A stretch of 64,000 bases of DNA from Haliotis rubra (GCF_003918875.1 NW_025764891.1:7750001-7814000); one strand, 5' to 3'; positions 1 to 13,683 are shown, counted from the first letter of the stretch. Notes: generated by a model from the sequence alone, not told the origin. Numbers and translations are program-made.

Positions 1-80
1 GACGACAGCGAAATTCCCCTCTCCAATAACCTTCCCTATATCGTATCTCTCCAGTAGAGAGTTGGGAACATCAGGTGAAT
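1..80 (-). CDS. DCLK: DCLK exon: start of the Ser/Thr kinase domain (continues beyond the window edge)
   Basis: Minus strand ttcattccAG acceptor (AG at 82-81), then (D)SPDVPNSLLERYDIGKVIGEGNFAVV. This is the Gly-rich loop typical of DCLK/CaMK-like kinases (human DCLK1 RYKVGRTIGDGNFAVV). Phase 1, matching the upstream exon. Confidence 0.95.
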
Positions 81-534
81 CTGGAATGAATAAATACATG
101 CACATGTCACTATTACCATCCCTATTAATATCGGTTTGCTATTATAGTATGACATATACAATTTGTTTCTCTTTGTTTGTTGTTTAAAGCCACACTGCAA
201 TATTTCAGCTTATGACAACTGCCCGATGATTGAATCTGGGACAGACAAGCTAATGATTGATATCATGTGTCCCTCTCCTCTGGGTAACAACAAGAGGTGT
301 AACAATACCTTCAGGATGCAATATGATAAATATCCCAATAGTACAAGTGCGATATGATTCGTATCCCAATACAGTACTATTATTACATAAGTTCATAATC
401 TTTCCCAGATTCACAACCCTGAATTGTTTTTAAATCACAGACTACACATATGGGATACTGCAGGTTAGAAACATATATTACTCCACTGTTTACCAACCAG
501 GAATACTTTAGAATCTGCATAAACTGGTTTTTGA

Positions 535-694
535 CTGACTGAGTTTGGTTTTACGCCGATTTTAGCAATTTTCAGCAACATCACGGCGGGGGACACCAGA
601 AATGGGCTTCACACATTGTACCCATGTGGGGATTTGAACCCAGGTCTTCGGCGTGACGAGCCAACGCTTTAACCATTAGGCTACCCCACCGCCC
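535..694 (-). mobile_element. SINE family A (tRNA-Asp-like head), (CAGT)n-tail subfamily
   Basis: A box TAGCCTAATGG, GTCACGCCGAAGACC followed by B box GGTTCAAATCC. TSD tggtttttga. Confidence 0.9.
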
Positions 695-849
695 GTGGTT
701 TTTGAACAGTTACATGCTCATTTACATCAATATAACTTTTAATGTGATGTATTATATGTATAGAGGAGATGTACATCAATGTACTGTATTGTGAGCCTCG
801 TACTGTGATACAATACTGTATTGCCATATTATTGCCCAACTAGTAAGAG

Positions 850-1019
850 TGACTGAGTGAGTGAGTTTAGTTTTATGCTGCTTTTAGCAATATTCCAGCA
901 ATATCATGGCGAGGACACCAGAAATGAGCTTCACACATTGTACCCATGTGAGGAATCAAAACCCGGGTCTTCGGCGTGACAAGTGAATGCTTTCACCACT
1001 AGGCTACCCCACCGCCCCC
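850..1019 (-). mobile_element. SINE family A
   Basis: Full-length copy with (ACTC)n tail. TSD actagtaagag at 839-849 and 1020-1030. Confidence 0.9.
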
Positions 1020-1653
1020 ACTAGTAAGAGCTAGTACCATCTTTCAACGTCTTTTGGTCGGAATTAACCACTGACCATCCACTCTCCAGAAAGAAGCTCT
1101 TCTCACTAGACCATGGAGGAAGATCAGATCATGAGTGGTGGTCTTTAATCATACTTAAAAGCCATTGTAGCCAACTAGTCTCCAATATAGTCATCACTCA
1201 AAATGTAGACTGTTGACATGAGATAATTTGTGAGTATCTTACAGTGTCATCAGTTCCTTTCACCACTATTTACCTCCTCTAGACAAACAGAGCAGAGCTA
1301 TACAGCAAACCACTATCCCCACAACGGCACTCACAGTAAATTTGAGAAGGGATTTAATCAGAACAAGGCGGATATAATTCCTTCACAATCAATACGTAAT
1401 GACACAAAGCCTCTTCCTTCAACATAAAACAGGATCTATACTTCACTGGGAGTCTATTAATATCTTGGAAGTGTTCTGAACAGCTTGGATACAGATCTCA
1501 TCGCCCTGGACAAAGGGATTACAACTTCAAATGAGATCAATAAGTAATCAATAAGTATTGATGGGTGTACTGTTCTCAACATTTTTGCATGTCAGGAGAG
1601 ATTAATAACACTAATATGATGGAATTGTCAGTCTTAACTCCATTACAAAGGCG

Positions 1654-1813
1654 TGAGTGAGTTGGATTTTATGCCGCTTCTAGCATTATTCAAGCAAAAT
1701 CACAGTGGGGACACACCAAAATGCGCTTCACACACTGTCCCCTTGTGGGGAATTGAATCCGGGCCTTATGCGTGACAAGACAACACTTTGACCATTAGCC
1801 TACCGACTGCCCC
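1654..1813 (-). mobile_element. SINE family A, diverged
   Basis: Aligns by eye to the family consensus. Confidence 0.8.
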
Positions 1814-3018
1814 ATCTCATTACAATGGAAAGATATTTAAAGGATAAAGATATTGGTGGGTTCTGAGATGTATGGATGTTGTAATGAATGTCATGTTTAA
1901 CTAAGACAGTGATTGAGTAGTAAAGGTAGCATGACTTTCATATACATCATTCTACAGTTAAATTGGGATAACAGTCAATTGTGATGGCTAATTTAAGGTT
2001 TCAAATAAAAATTACTGCCTTTACTGAAACAGAAGACTTGAGAATCACAGTTGAAACTATTATTCACAGAACAAAAGTCTGTGTGTTCAGTTCCATCTTT
2101 ATTATGGCCCCTCTAAACATTTAACATTTTTTTCATTATATCCTCTCCCTTTAACCAATGACAAATTCCTAAATATTGTCCATCATTGTGTCATTTTATC
2201 AAGCTCTAATTTATAGTTTTAGAACCCCCAATCTTTTCATACATCATTTTCTCATGAAAACCCCCTAATCTCACTGAAAACAAACCCACCCCCTCCCATC
2301 CTTTCTAATAAAAGACTATTATAATTTAAAAATATAATTTCCAAATTTCCCTAGCCAGTCTTTTTATGGGTCAAGAAAGATAAGGATGTAACCAGTTTTG
2401 AATCAAATCAATCAAATATTCATCCAACCATCTAATTTAAATGGTATGATGCGACTCCCACCTAAAATGTTGTTATTTCATTTTGGATAAACAATCCAAA
2501 AGTCAGGGAATGTACAGCTCCCATTTACATCTTCAAGTCTGAACAGTTATAAGATATAGCAACACCTCCCAATATGTTCGAAATTCAATTAGCCTGCAGG
2601 ATACCTTTAACTATAACGAAATTTGTCAATACCAGCATACTAATACTGATTCCCATTTCTGCTTGTTGTTATTTCCTTCAAATTATTCTCTAATAAAATC
2701 TGCAGCATGTTATAAAAAAGGATATGTATGTGGAATAACTTAGGAGTTTCATGAGAAATTGCTGGGCATCTGTGATGTGTGATTCAGTTCCTTGAGTCCA
2801 GTAGCCAGGGATGGAACCACCAACCTTTACCCTCTCCCAGCATACACTCTATCTACTAGACTCCACTGGTGGTCCACAATTTAGTGACACCATAACCAAC
2901 AGAAGGATATAATATATGCTTGGTACTTGTTTATCTTACAAAATGTTGAGTTGGTCCAATCATGTAGCTGCCTTATGTAATGGGTGCTCACAGTCATTCC
3001 TCCCTATCATGTGCTTAC

Positions 3019-3079
3019 CTCTGTGATGACCATTGGTGCCATTGCTCATGCTGCTCCCATTGGTCATCCGGTGCTTTGG
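3019..3079 (-). CDS. DCLK: DCLK linker exon, 61 nt, PKHRMTNGSSMSNGTNGHHR(D)
   Basis: ttgcAG acceptor and GTAAGC donor. Phase 0 in and phase 1 out, exactly bridging the flanking exons with no stop. The peptide itself is not recognisable by homology. Confidence 0.75.
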
Positions 3080-3394
3080 CTGCAACAGTGTTGAACAATG
3101 TGGAACATGTGTCATTATTACCCACTGATGCTGAGACTATTACCCATAACACACTAACCTTCTTCCTGTGACAGGTTGCTATGATTCTTGGTATGATACA
3201 GGGACATTTAAGATTAATTTTAGTCATGATTATTATATATTTTAGACAGGAAATGCCTGAAATACATCGTCATTTTTTTCGGCTGGCAGTGATTATGTAA
3301 AACAAAACAATATTTGTATTCAGGTAACATGTTTTTAACCAAATTAGGTTGGTTAATAGAAAGAAAAAACATGCTTACATAATCATTTGATCAT

Positions 3395-4305
3395 GCCTAA
3401 ATGACGAATACTGCTATGCAATGTCTTCCTAAACATCTTTGTTATAACATGTCTTATTGAAAACATCCATTATTACATGCCTACATATGACAAATAGTGC
3501 CATATAACATCAACCTCAACACCTAGGTTATAACATGTCCCACTGAAACATCCATTATTGCATGCCTACTTGACAAATACTGCTGGGCAACATCTACCTA
3601 AACATCTTTGTTATAACATGTCTTATTGAAACCATCCATTATTGCATGCCTACTTGACAAATACTGCTGGGCAACATCTACCTAAACATCTTTGTTATAA
3701 CATGTCTTATTGAAACCATCCGTTATTGCATGCCTACTTGACAAATACTGCTGGGCAACATCTACCTAAACATCTTTGTTATAACATGTCTTATTGAAAC
3801 CATCCATTATTGCATGCCTACTTGACAAATACTGCTGGGCAACATCTACCTAAACATCTTTGTTATAACATGTCTCATTGAAACCATCCGTTATTGCATG
3901 CCTACTTGACAAATACTGCTGGGCAACATCTACCTAAACATCTTTGTTATAACATGTCTTATTGAAACCATCCATTATTGCATGCCTACATGACATATAC
4001 TGCTGTGTAACATCTACCTAAACATGTTTGTTATAACATGTCTCATTGAAAACATCCGTTATTGCATGCCTACATGACATATACTGCTGTGTAACATCTA
4101 CCTAAACATGTTTGTTATAACATATCTAATTGAAAACATCCATTATTGCATGCCTACATGACATATACTGCTGGGCAACATCTACCTAAACATGTTTGTT
4201 ATAACATGTCTAATTGAAAACATCTGTTATTGCATGCCTACTTGACAAATACTGCTGTGTAACATCTACCTTATAACATCTTTGTTATAACATGTCTCAC
4301 TGAAG
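3395..4305. repeat. Minisatellite, 84-bp unit, about 10 copies
   Basis: Unit ttataacatgtcttattgaaaccatccattattgcatgcctacttgacaaatactgctgggcaacatctacctaaacatctttg, e.g. at 3611 and 3695. Confidence 0.95.
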
Positions 4306-4369
4306 AATATGTTATGCTAATAGTGTCTTCCTGAAGATCTACATCTGTCCATTTAGAAAGTGTACTCAC

Positions 4370-4437
4370 AGTGGCAGCTGATCTAACTTTACGTGGTGAC
4401 TTGGGCGATGAAGTTGCCGACCGCGGTGACGTCATAC
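4370..4437 (-). CDS. DCLK: DCLK Ser/Pro-rich linker exon, (G)MTSPRSATSSPKSPRKVRSAAT; may extend to 4491 via an alternative acceptor
   Basis: tcttccAG acceptor and GTGAGT donor (4369-4364). Phase 1 in and phase 0 out. SP-rich peptide resembles the DCX/DCLK SP domain. Confidence 0.88.
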
Positions 4438-7400
4438 CTGGAAGATACATTGACGTAGATTGCTGCCATTGTAGTCCAAGGTCAGAGTTGACTGAAAGAC
4501 GCACATGGTGATGGGGGTATGACTACAACAGGGGTTATAGTGGGGGTGCACAGAACAAGGATACAACATTGTAGTACAACAGAGGTGCAGGTGCTTTATC
4601 ACATGACCAGTCAACCTGGGGAGATTATAGGCAATGCAGTACAAATTCACTTGCAGTTGACTTAACTATTTTCAAAAATGCTTTATGTTCGATTTGTAAA
4701 TTTGTCGAAATAGCTCATCTTTGTATTAGTTCCCACGCTGACAAGTCTTTGTTAATTCAGATGATGTTATGTAAGAATCAGTGAGTACATGTATGAGACA
4801 TAAAGTATTGTTTGTATATCTCTGTTACTGACCCTCCTAGATGATAATGGAAAAGGCTCAATGTTGGAATTCCAATTCCTTGATGGTATTGCTTTACCTA
4901 GCAAGACTTCATTTTATTAAGGAAGCTATGGTACACCTGTGCGTCTTTTTAATTTGTATTAATTGGTTTCAAAATATTTCACCAAAAATTCAATGCAGGT
5001 GGTTCAGATTAATACTACAACAAATGAATGAAAAACAAACTCATAGGTAACACCATCATGGAAGACGGAGTGCTACATGATACCAAAAGAATACTACTTT
5101 GAAAAAAAAAAGATTTTTATAGTTATTATCCACCATTTCTAAAGAACAGCATAAACAGAATCTAGTATATTTAAATTATATATAATTATAAAACAATGTC
5201 AAGAAAGAACCAAATCAAAACAAACTCTAATTTCAGTTCCTTTGTTCAGTTGGTACATTTTTTTAACTAGGACAAATTTTTAGAAATTAATAAGGTCAAA
5301 TAATCCATCCTTACTTTGGCATAAAAGAGAATAAAACTGATTTCACAGAGAGTAAGAATGGTTTTTTTGCTGCCTTGGCAATATTCCAGCAATATCACAG
5401 TGTTCAACATCAGAAATGGTCTTCATACATTGTACCCAAGAAGGGAATCACATTGAACCATTGTCCCAGATTCACAATGAGAATATTACATTATGAGAAG
5501 TAATACTGAAGATACAGATCAGGAGAGAAGAAATATGAGAAAACATGATTACGGGTTCCACATTTGCCATTAGTATGTCTGTGGTAGACAGAGACTGTTA
5601 TTACATAGAGGATAGGGAATATGTGACTGTAAGGACTTGATTGGTCTGTGGGGAGAGTTGATATATGATGTGACACACATATGAAGGTTATAGGTTTGTA
5701 TGATATACATACTCTTATCTAATACTAATTCATGCAACATTCTCAGGGCATGTTGTAGTGGCGTCCACAGTATGAGTGGGGATTGAGTTTTGTGGGGGCC
5801 CAGAGGGTACAGCCATCACATTTTTTACCAATGTGGTAATTGAACTTTTTGTTCAGTGTCAAACAGAGTTTGAAATTTAAGACTAACATAAAGCTTTTGT
5901 CAGAACTCTAAAGCATGAGGATAAAGATGAAAGAGATGACAAGATTAAAAGTTATAGGCACAACTCCACACATCCCAAATTCCCCTTAAGATGATAGTAA
6001 TATTTTAGTACATTGTTAATCTAAGAATGCATGCAAGGGACATTTCTCAAAATAAAATGTTTACTGCCACTGAATTCAGAAAGCTTATTGCTTGACTGTT
6101 AGTGTTATTGTATGTTAGTGTGAAATCTTCACAAGGCTACATAAATTGGATGGGTATCAGTGTGATATAAAATGCATGCATGCATGTCATATTTGTGTTA
6201 TACATACTTGCAAACATACAACACAGTTAAATATTTATACATGTCTGAAAATATAACAGTTAAAATCATTTTATAATTTCAATGCATCAAACAAAACTCT
6301 CCATTCCACTAAATTCACTCACCATATCAATCACTTGATCATTAAAAGGTGAAATTAATGGATGTCAACTTATTTATTATGAGGAACATAATGTTTTACT
6401 TTCTTGATTGTTTCATTTAATTATTATGTAATAGAGTCCTTTAAATAAACCTCAAATCATTAATAACATTATCAGATTCTCTGCAAAATTTTAAAGAAAA
6501 TCTGAAAACAATTGAATTTGTCTGGCTGAAGAGAAAATATACAATCAGTAGTTAGAACAACACTCTTTATAAACAAAGATAATTCAGATAAAGCAATAAT
6601 TCATCTATCTACTGCTGATCAGATTTTTTTATTATTATTATTATAGGATATATATATAGCGCACATATCCACACAACTAGTGCATGCTCAAGGCGCTGGT
6701 ATTTACATTATGCTTGTGGAAGTAAGCAGGGAAAATGGATCAATTAAAAAACCCATAAAAAGTAACTCAACATCTACATCTATTTTTTTTTCTGTAATCC
6801 TAGGAAAACAAAGGCATTATTCCTTCCCTATAGCTATAAAATATTGGTTCCCATTGAGTTAAATTTTCATTCACAGAATATGTATACAACCAAGACAGGG
6901 AGGCAGATGAAGGTTTTGAGAAAGGCTTGATGTGTTTGTGTTTTTGTCACGTAACACCCAGTGTGGGTTAGCAGTTAAGGTGTCTGAAAAATCTCTAATG
7001 GTTTCTTCTTCCCCACATCTCTGCTCTGGATCTGCCAGTGCAAATGTATCATTGACAAAAAGAGGTCGAAAAACAAAATCATTCAATTCTTACTGTTGCA
7101 TTAGGAGACAAAGCATTTTATATAAAAACATAATTTTCAACAGCTTAGTATAAACCCCCAGGCATTGCTCTTTATGGAACAATAACATGGTTATACCATG
7201 GCTCCATATTCTCCAAGATCACATGATAATACCACTGGCACTATATGAAAGGCTATAATAAAATTTATGCAGCGCCATAAACTAACAGGCAAGTGGATTC
7301 ATCGCAATGTTTAAGAGCTAATAGCTAGCTGTAGCAGTTCTAAACAATGGACATAATTCAACTGTAGCCAGTAAGGATGTTTTTATCAATAATCTGTGTT

Positions 7401-9901
7401 AACATTTTCAGAAGTAGAATACCATATTAGCCGACCATAGCACTGACATTTGGTCCTGTCATTGATAAAGTGGTACTTCAGACTCAAATTAATTTGCTTG
7501 GCAATCATTTGTCAACACAATTAGGGTATTCAGAGTATTCTAGAATCAGTGAAATATGAATATAAAACATGGTATAAATCAGTGAGTGAGTAAGATGGGT
7601 TTTATACCATTTAAACAGCATTTCAGCTGGATGTGGATCGGAAAGCCAAACCATTGCAAGATGTAGATGTTCACTTTCGTAAAACACACAAGCACTGACA
7701 CGTTGCTGACAAACCGAGAATCAAAACCAGGGTGAATCTGAGTTAGGTATGACAAAGTTTCAAACAAAAGAACAAGACCACAATTTGGCAGAAAACATAA
7801 AGACCATATCATCTCATAGTTCATATTGTTTAAACTATTGCAGTATAACGTTTCACATGCAGAAAGATGACGTAACTGACAACATTATGATGAAGTCCTT
7901 AAAGAACCAAACAGTGTCCCTGTTGAATCTAACCCTGCTCCAAAGAGTCCAAATCTTTTAAAAACTTCCAAATGGCAGCCAAAGACGTATCACATCATTA
8001 ACAATAACAATATTCTTCAATGAACTAAACAATTTATCAACTGAGTTTAAAGAAGAGAGTCCATGCACTAATTTGTTGAAATCAGCTGTCAAAATGGTTG
8101 CCATAGACAGCCAAGGAGGCCATTTCCAAGAACAATAGACTCGTAATTGAATCAGACAACCGAACTATTAACATGCGGTTGTTGAGCTCGGTAATCAGCA
8201 GAAAGGCCATATTGGCATTGCTAGACATGATTGTTCGTGAGTTAAATGTTTTGATTAATGAAGACTATGATTCCGTGACTGGTTTGCAAACAAATAACAG
8301 TTGACAGATGCCAAGGATTTTACATGATTAATTGCATGTTTGACTCAACAAATTTATAAATACTCCCAAAATATTTTCATACTGCCATAGCTGAAGCAGT
8401 ATTTAATCAAGTAAATGTACTGGAATTGAAATAACTCCACTAAATACAAAAAAATAAAATAACAATGCACTGCATCAGATAACTTACAACTGAGGACAAT
8501 ATCACAAAACATGTTTTCACAGCCCTTGCTTTAATTCAAATTAAAAACACAATTTTTGGACAATTTTTTTTTCCTGACACCCAAATTTAGAAAATGACCC
8601 CCAAAACATTTATCGTGAGTCACCATGACTCCCATTTTACAAGGTCTACCTAAAACCCTGTATTCCTTCATTTCCAATAAAATTATTATATTTATCCATT
8701 ATTAGTTAATGTTATTGTGTATATTATGCTTGATGCTTGTAGAAAGTAATATCTTATACTTGTGAAACATGACTTTTTGTTGGGTGATAGACACTTGAAA
8801 AAGTGAAATGATATCACAAATATGAAATGTTATGTTTGCAGTTTGTTGGTGTATTTTGCAAAAAAACATTTGAAGGAAATTAATCTCAAAGTTACCATTC
8901 AATTAACACTGAAGATATTTTTTGGAAGTTCATGCAGCTGAACATATAAAACAATCGAACCATATATTGGTTACACTCTCAGTATTACACTTCAAACATA
9001 ATATTGTCCGACTGCTGGCAATGATTTATACATTTGGCAAATAAATGTGTTTAGATGTTTTCATTGATTTTTTCTTTTGTTCAGATATGTCATCAATTAA
9101 TTGGGGATATACTGAACCCTTGTTGGAGAGAATAACACATAATTGGAGGAATGATTTCAAAGGTTCAAACATTTGCTAATGCAGCCGTAGAACTGCTCTG
9201 TTCTGTGAGATAGTAATCAGCCATCAATTTCTCTGCCAAGGTTCAATTTCAAGAATAATTCCTTTAAATAAGTCATGCACTGTCTGAATTACCAATTAAC
9301 AGTGTAGAAATTTTGTGCCAGGTGTTTTTAATTGAAATGAAAAAATTCCATCATGTTCTTCATTCACATAATTTTCCAAGAAAAGGCTATGAGTTCAATA
9401 CGCCGTGTAAACAACGTGATGATCTCACGACCCTTTTATTGAAAATCAGTAATTGTCGGAAATTAGTTCATGCGACACTCAGCCAATTTGTTTTGTGAGT
9501 TTTAATGACATGCTGCTCTCTAACTTCCTTTGTTGTGTGCCACCTCAATGAAATGCCAACCGATGTTAAAAAATCGCAAAATCCCTGCAGTAATGTCGGG
9601 AACTGATTCATCTTGCGATGAATAATAAATAGGTATTATCAGAGGCTGATGGAGCTCCCAGGGTTCATTTTGATTTCAGTCATGTGCTGACCTTAAAGTT
9701 TGAATCTTATTGTAATCCAAAGTAAAACAGCGTGAAACACGACAAACAGATAGCATGGGGAAATAATTCAGAGTTAACAAATTTACAATTACTAATTCAT
9801 GTTTTAACAGTTAAAAATGCTATCTTCCAAGTCTTTTTATTAACCGAAAACAGATTCTGAACAACTTCTTTAAGTGACATTTGGAGAGAGTGTGTGAGTT
9901 T

Positions 9902-10107
9902 CTATAAAACGAGTATATGGATGGCAACTTCTTGTTTATTGTATATCACAACGTTTCTGGGCTACTTCTTGCCCCTTCTTCAGGTCATTGATCACCTGAA
10001 GAAGGGGCAAGAAGTAGCCCAGAAACGTTGTGATATACAATAAACAAGAAGTTGCCATCAATATACTCGTCTTATATATTCACCAACTTCTAAATGCCTC
10101 TCAAGAA
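9902..10107. mobile_element. Penelope-like element terminus in inverted (head-to-head) arrangement
   Basis: Near-perfect ~80-bp inverted repeat centred near 9989, containing hammerhead cores and AATAAA. Flanked by the direct repeat tgtgtgagttt (9891-9901, 10108-10118). Confidence 0.75.
9991..10034 (+). ncRNA. Minimal type I hammerhead ribozyme motif
   Basis: atcac-CTGAAGA-a-ggggc(aagaagta)gccc-a-GAAA-CG-TT-gtgat: stem I atcac/gtgat, conserved core, stem II, and a rudimentary palindromic stem III. Confidence 0.7.
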
Positions 10108-10764
10108 TGTGTGAGTTTAGTTTTAAGTGGCTTTTTAGCAATATTCTAGCAATATCTCCGTGGGGATAGTGACATTTGGAAGCTGGGATGATGACATGGA
10201 ACAATTTCTTCATTGCAATAGTTGCAACGTTTTGGTGTAGATGCTAACACTGTCACTTGCTCGATGACAGTGTTAGAACTACACCAGAATGCTGTATCCA
10301 TTGCAAAAAAGAACTTGTCTATCCAGAACAATTGTTCCTCAAGATTCTGAATAAAACCATTATGTTACATGAAGAGGAAAAAGTACAAACACCTAAAACA
10401 AATTATTTTCATTTCAGACCAAGCTCAGACACAGGTTGGACTGCATTTTCATGAATTATATACAAAACTACAGATGATCACATTTATGCAATACCACATA
10501 TGCATGATATTTATGGAATGTGAACGCAAAACGACCAAAAAACCCGAAACAGACAACAGGTCTGTACACAAACCACTATCCATATTTATTATGAAATGAA
10601 CAAGCGATCAGAAAATTTGAAACAGTTGGAAGTAGCCCTTTTCCCCCAAATCCATGGTATTATATCATATTTCATAGTGCTTTGTTTCCCCTACGTATTT
10701 AGTCTGATAAATATAGTTACCCACAAGGTGAAAAATAATACTTACACAATTAAAGTCTTTCAAT

Positions 10765-10878
10765 GACATTTGAAGGAGAAAGAATGTACTCTGAAACGTC
10801 ATGTTACGAATATATCAGAAGTCAACGTCAATAAATTTATCCTTTATGTGTTTGACTTCTAAATGACCTTCAAAGACT
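10765..10878 (+). mobile_element. Degenerate Penelope-like fragment with a broken hammerhead
   Basis: acat-TTGAAG-gag(...)ctc-t-GAAACGTC-atgt, followed by AATAAA and acttctaaatg. Confidence 0.55.
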
Positions 10879-13572
10879 TGTGTTCAGAAATATTTTATCT
10901 ATTCTAGTTTCCTGGTGAGTGAATTCAGACCCAAAACTCTTGTTGGAATCATCACTGCTCTCCCGATTCTGAAGACTTCATTTAACCCCACTAACCAATG
11001 CTAGATGGATGAGGTTACCCTACATTTTCCATTTCATTTAGCATCTAAATGCCATTCAAAGACTGATTCGAAATGTTTCATCTATCTTAGTTTCCTGGTG
11101 AGCAAATTCAACAACAAAAATCTTTTTGGACTCATCACTGCTCTCTCGACTTGAGGACTTCATTTAGCCAGACTTACCAATCTTGCTAGATGGATGAGGT
11201 TATCCAACATTTCGCAAACCCATACCAAAAACCAGAAACTTGTTTGATTGAAAATATGCTTCATGAAAATATTTTTTAATTGAAGAGATCGTTTTCTGGA
11301 AGTTATAGTGTATAACATCATATTACAAATGAATCCTGTAACCTTCCTTCGATGTTTGAAGCTTGCCTCTTGACGAATTGACCACACAATTTAAATTGGC
11401 CTGGGATGATTGAAGAGCTACTACCGCTATTACCATCTCGTAAAACTTTGTGCACTTTCAATTTGGAGTGAGACAATCAGTAGCACACTCTATGTATGAT
11501 GGCTGTTCTGTAACTTTAGAGTGTGCACCTCTTTTTGATGCTTGTCTCATCACCCTAGCAACTATACATTTACTGTGACTCAAAATAACAATGTCAAATT
11601 CAAGCTATTTTGAATAAAATGTCCTTTAAGTAGACATGTGGAAAATAGTATGTGTCATGCCCTTAGAAATTTTGTGATCTTGTTCCTTGTTAAAATAATA
11701 ATGGGGACAAACCTGACACACAACCAAATTAAATATGTCTTTTTTAATTTCCTTACTTTTCATAAAGTTATAATTACTGGCTCTGGTAAAACAAAAAATG
11801 AAAATTACTTCCCTAAATAATAGTGCAAGATGTATCCTGAATAATATTTCAATGGTACCATGGACGTCAAATATATTGTGATACTAAGTGTCCATGCTAA
11901 CACACTATGCAACACTTCACCCTGTTCTACACTCTTCTAGAGAGATGTTTGTTTGTTGTTTACAATGCACTCAGCAATATTCCAGCTATACGGCAGCGGT
12001 CTGTAAATAATCAACCCCAGACAATCCAGTGATCAACATTATGATCATCAATCTTCACAGATGGGATACGATTACATGTTTTAACCAAATCAGCGAGCCT
12101 GACAACCAATCCCATAAGTCGCCTCTTACCACAAGTATAGGAAATAGATAGGAAATGAACTGTTGCTTACCCAGTGAACATATTCTCCTCACAACAGTTC
12201 AACTATTAGTTTAGTGCTTCTTTACATGTAGCATTCTACATTCTCATACTATCTTCTTGTCAACACATCTTAGGCTGTGAAATAAATATGATATTAAACA
12301 TTTATTTTCCATTTACAAGGTTATTGAACCCAAAAATAAAAATAGTGCCTATAAATGTAAAGGGTTTAAAAAAATAGGAATGGATAACTACATCAAATAT
12401 TTGTCAAAAACTTTAAACTGGAGTGATCAAAAGATTCCTGCATCATTCCATAACGTAATGGTTTGTGTTGATGCTAGCAGGTAATATTCTCCTAATGTTG
12501 TAATTATCACAGCGAGTCCACCAGCCACTTCAAACACTTAAACATCCATTAGAGATCCCTAAAAGCACCACAGTAATATTCTGATTTAAAGATATCAGTT
12601 CAACCCATCTTTCATCAATATTGATGAATCTTGATACTAATCAGATTATTTACAGCAAAGGGCGAAGAAAGGAATTTCTCTCAGTGAACCAGAAACTAGG
12701 ATTATGTCTCAGCTATTCCATACAGATGCAACCTTCTTAAGACCTTATGGAGGCTAAAGCAACCAAAATCAAAGGTTCTGTAATGATCTGATATTTCATA
12801 AATCACCTTTTTTATTACTTAGATTACAGATTCCACCTTATAAAACCATTGAGTTTATGGTTGAAATCAAAATCAAACCTAAAACAGCTTGTCTTGTTAT
12901 GATGGGTCAAATATCATGAAGTAATAAACAACATGTGAAAAATGGGGTTGGGAAGTGTTACACATTTTGTCAGCAACACAGTTGTCTGCAGGTTGATTTT
13001 TGTAATGTTGAAAATGCATTTGATAATCATCTTTAAGTTATAACGCAAATATATTGTTTCTTGCTCTGGTATGGTTTATTATAAATATTATAAACCTTAA
13101 ATCTGGCTTGTGATGACAATTTTTAAATGGAAATTAGTCTGTTTTTGTATAAAAATCACATGGATTATTTGTAGAGTTAAAACAATCTTTACCATCAACG
13201 AAACAAAACAAATTGTCCTATTCTGATATTTGTTTGAACAATATTCAATTTTTCAGGCTAGCAGATCTGTAAAATATAAAGTAAGGCCTTACATACTTTT
13301 GACCAAAGCTTTATTGGGGTTGAATTATTGTCTTTTGCACAAACAAAAATAAGAAAAATCGTTCCTGCCAAACAATGAGTCATCTATCGTGTCTTTCATT
13401 TGTGAAGAGGCACTTCAAGTTTCGCCTTGCCCTGGTGATGATTCTCATTCATTGAAAACCATTAACACCCTAGGGGATCACGTCACTTTGCATTACGCAA
13501 GTTTACAACTGCCTCTGATCATGACAGCCATTTTAAAACAAAAAATTTAAAAACATGATTCGGTTGACTCAC

Positions 13573-13683
13573 CATTGTTGAGGCTTCTTGATGAAGACGA
13601 TCGCTGTGGGAACTTGGGCGAGCGTAACGTGATTCTCTGTGGCTGGAAATTCATGGATTTGTAGGCGCCAACCATTTTAACCT
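13573..13683 (-). CDS. DCLK: DCLK exon, 111 nt, (E)VKMVGAYKSMNFQPQRITLRSPKFPQRSSSSRSLNN(G)
   Basis: atttcAG acceptor and GTGAGT donor. Phase 1/1 and open. Follows the DCX2 C-terminus as in vertebrate DCX/DCLK (E-x-x-V...RSPK-like, Ser-rich). Confidence 0.9.

Noticed and set aside
6871-7086. Extra DCLK exon (DPEQRCGEEETIRDFSDTL...)
   Set aside because: A phase-1 AG exists, but only weak donors, no recognisable homology, and it is not needed for frame continuity.
12161-12200. Alternative first exon ATGTTCACTGG|GTAAGC for a short DCLK isoform
   Set aside because: Ends in phase 2, incompatible with the phase-1 downstream acceptors.
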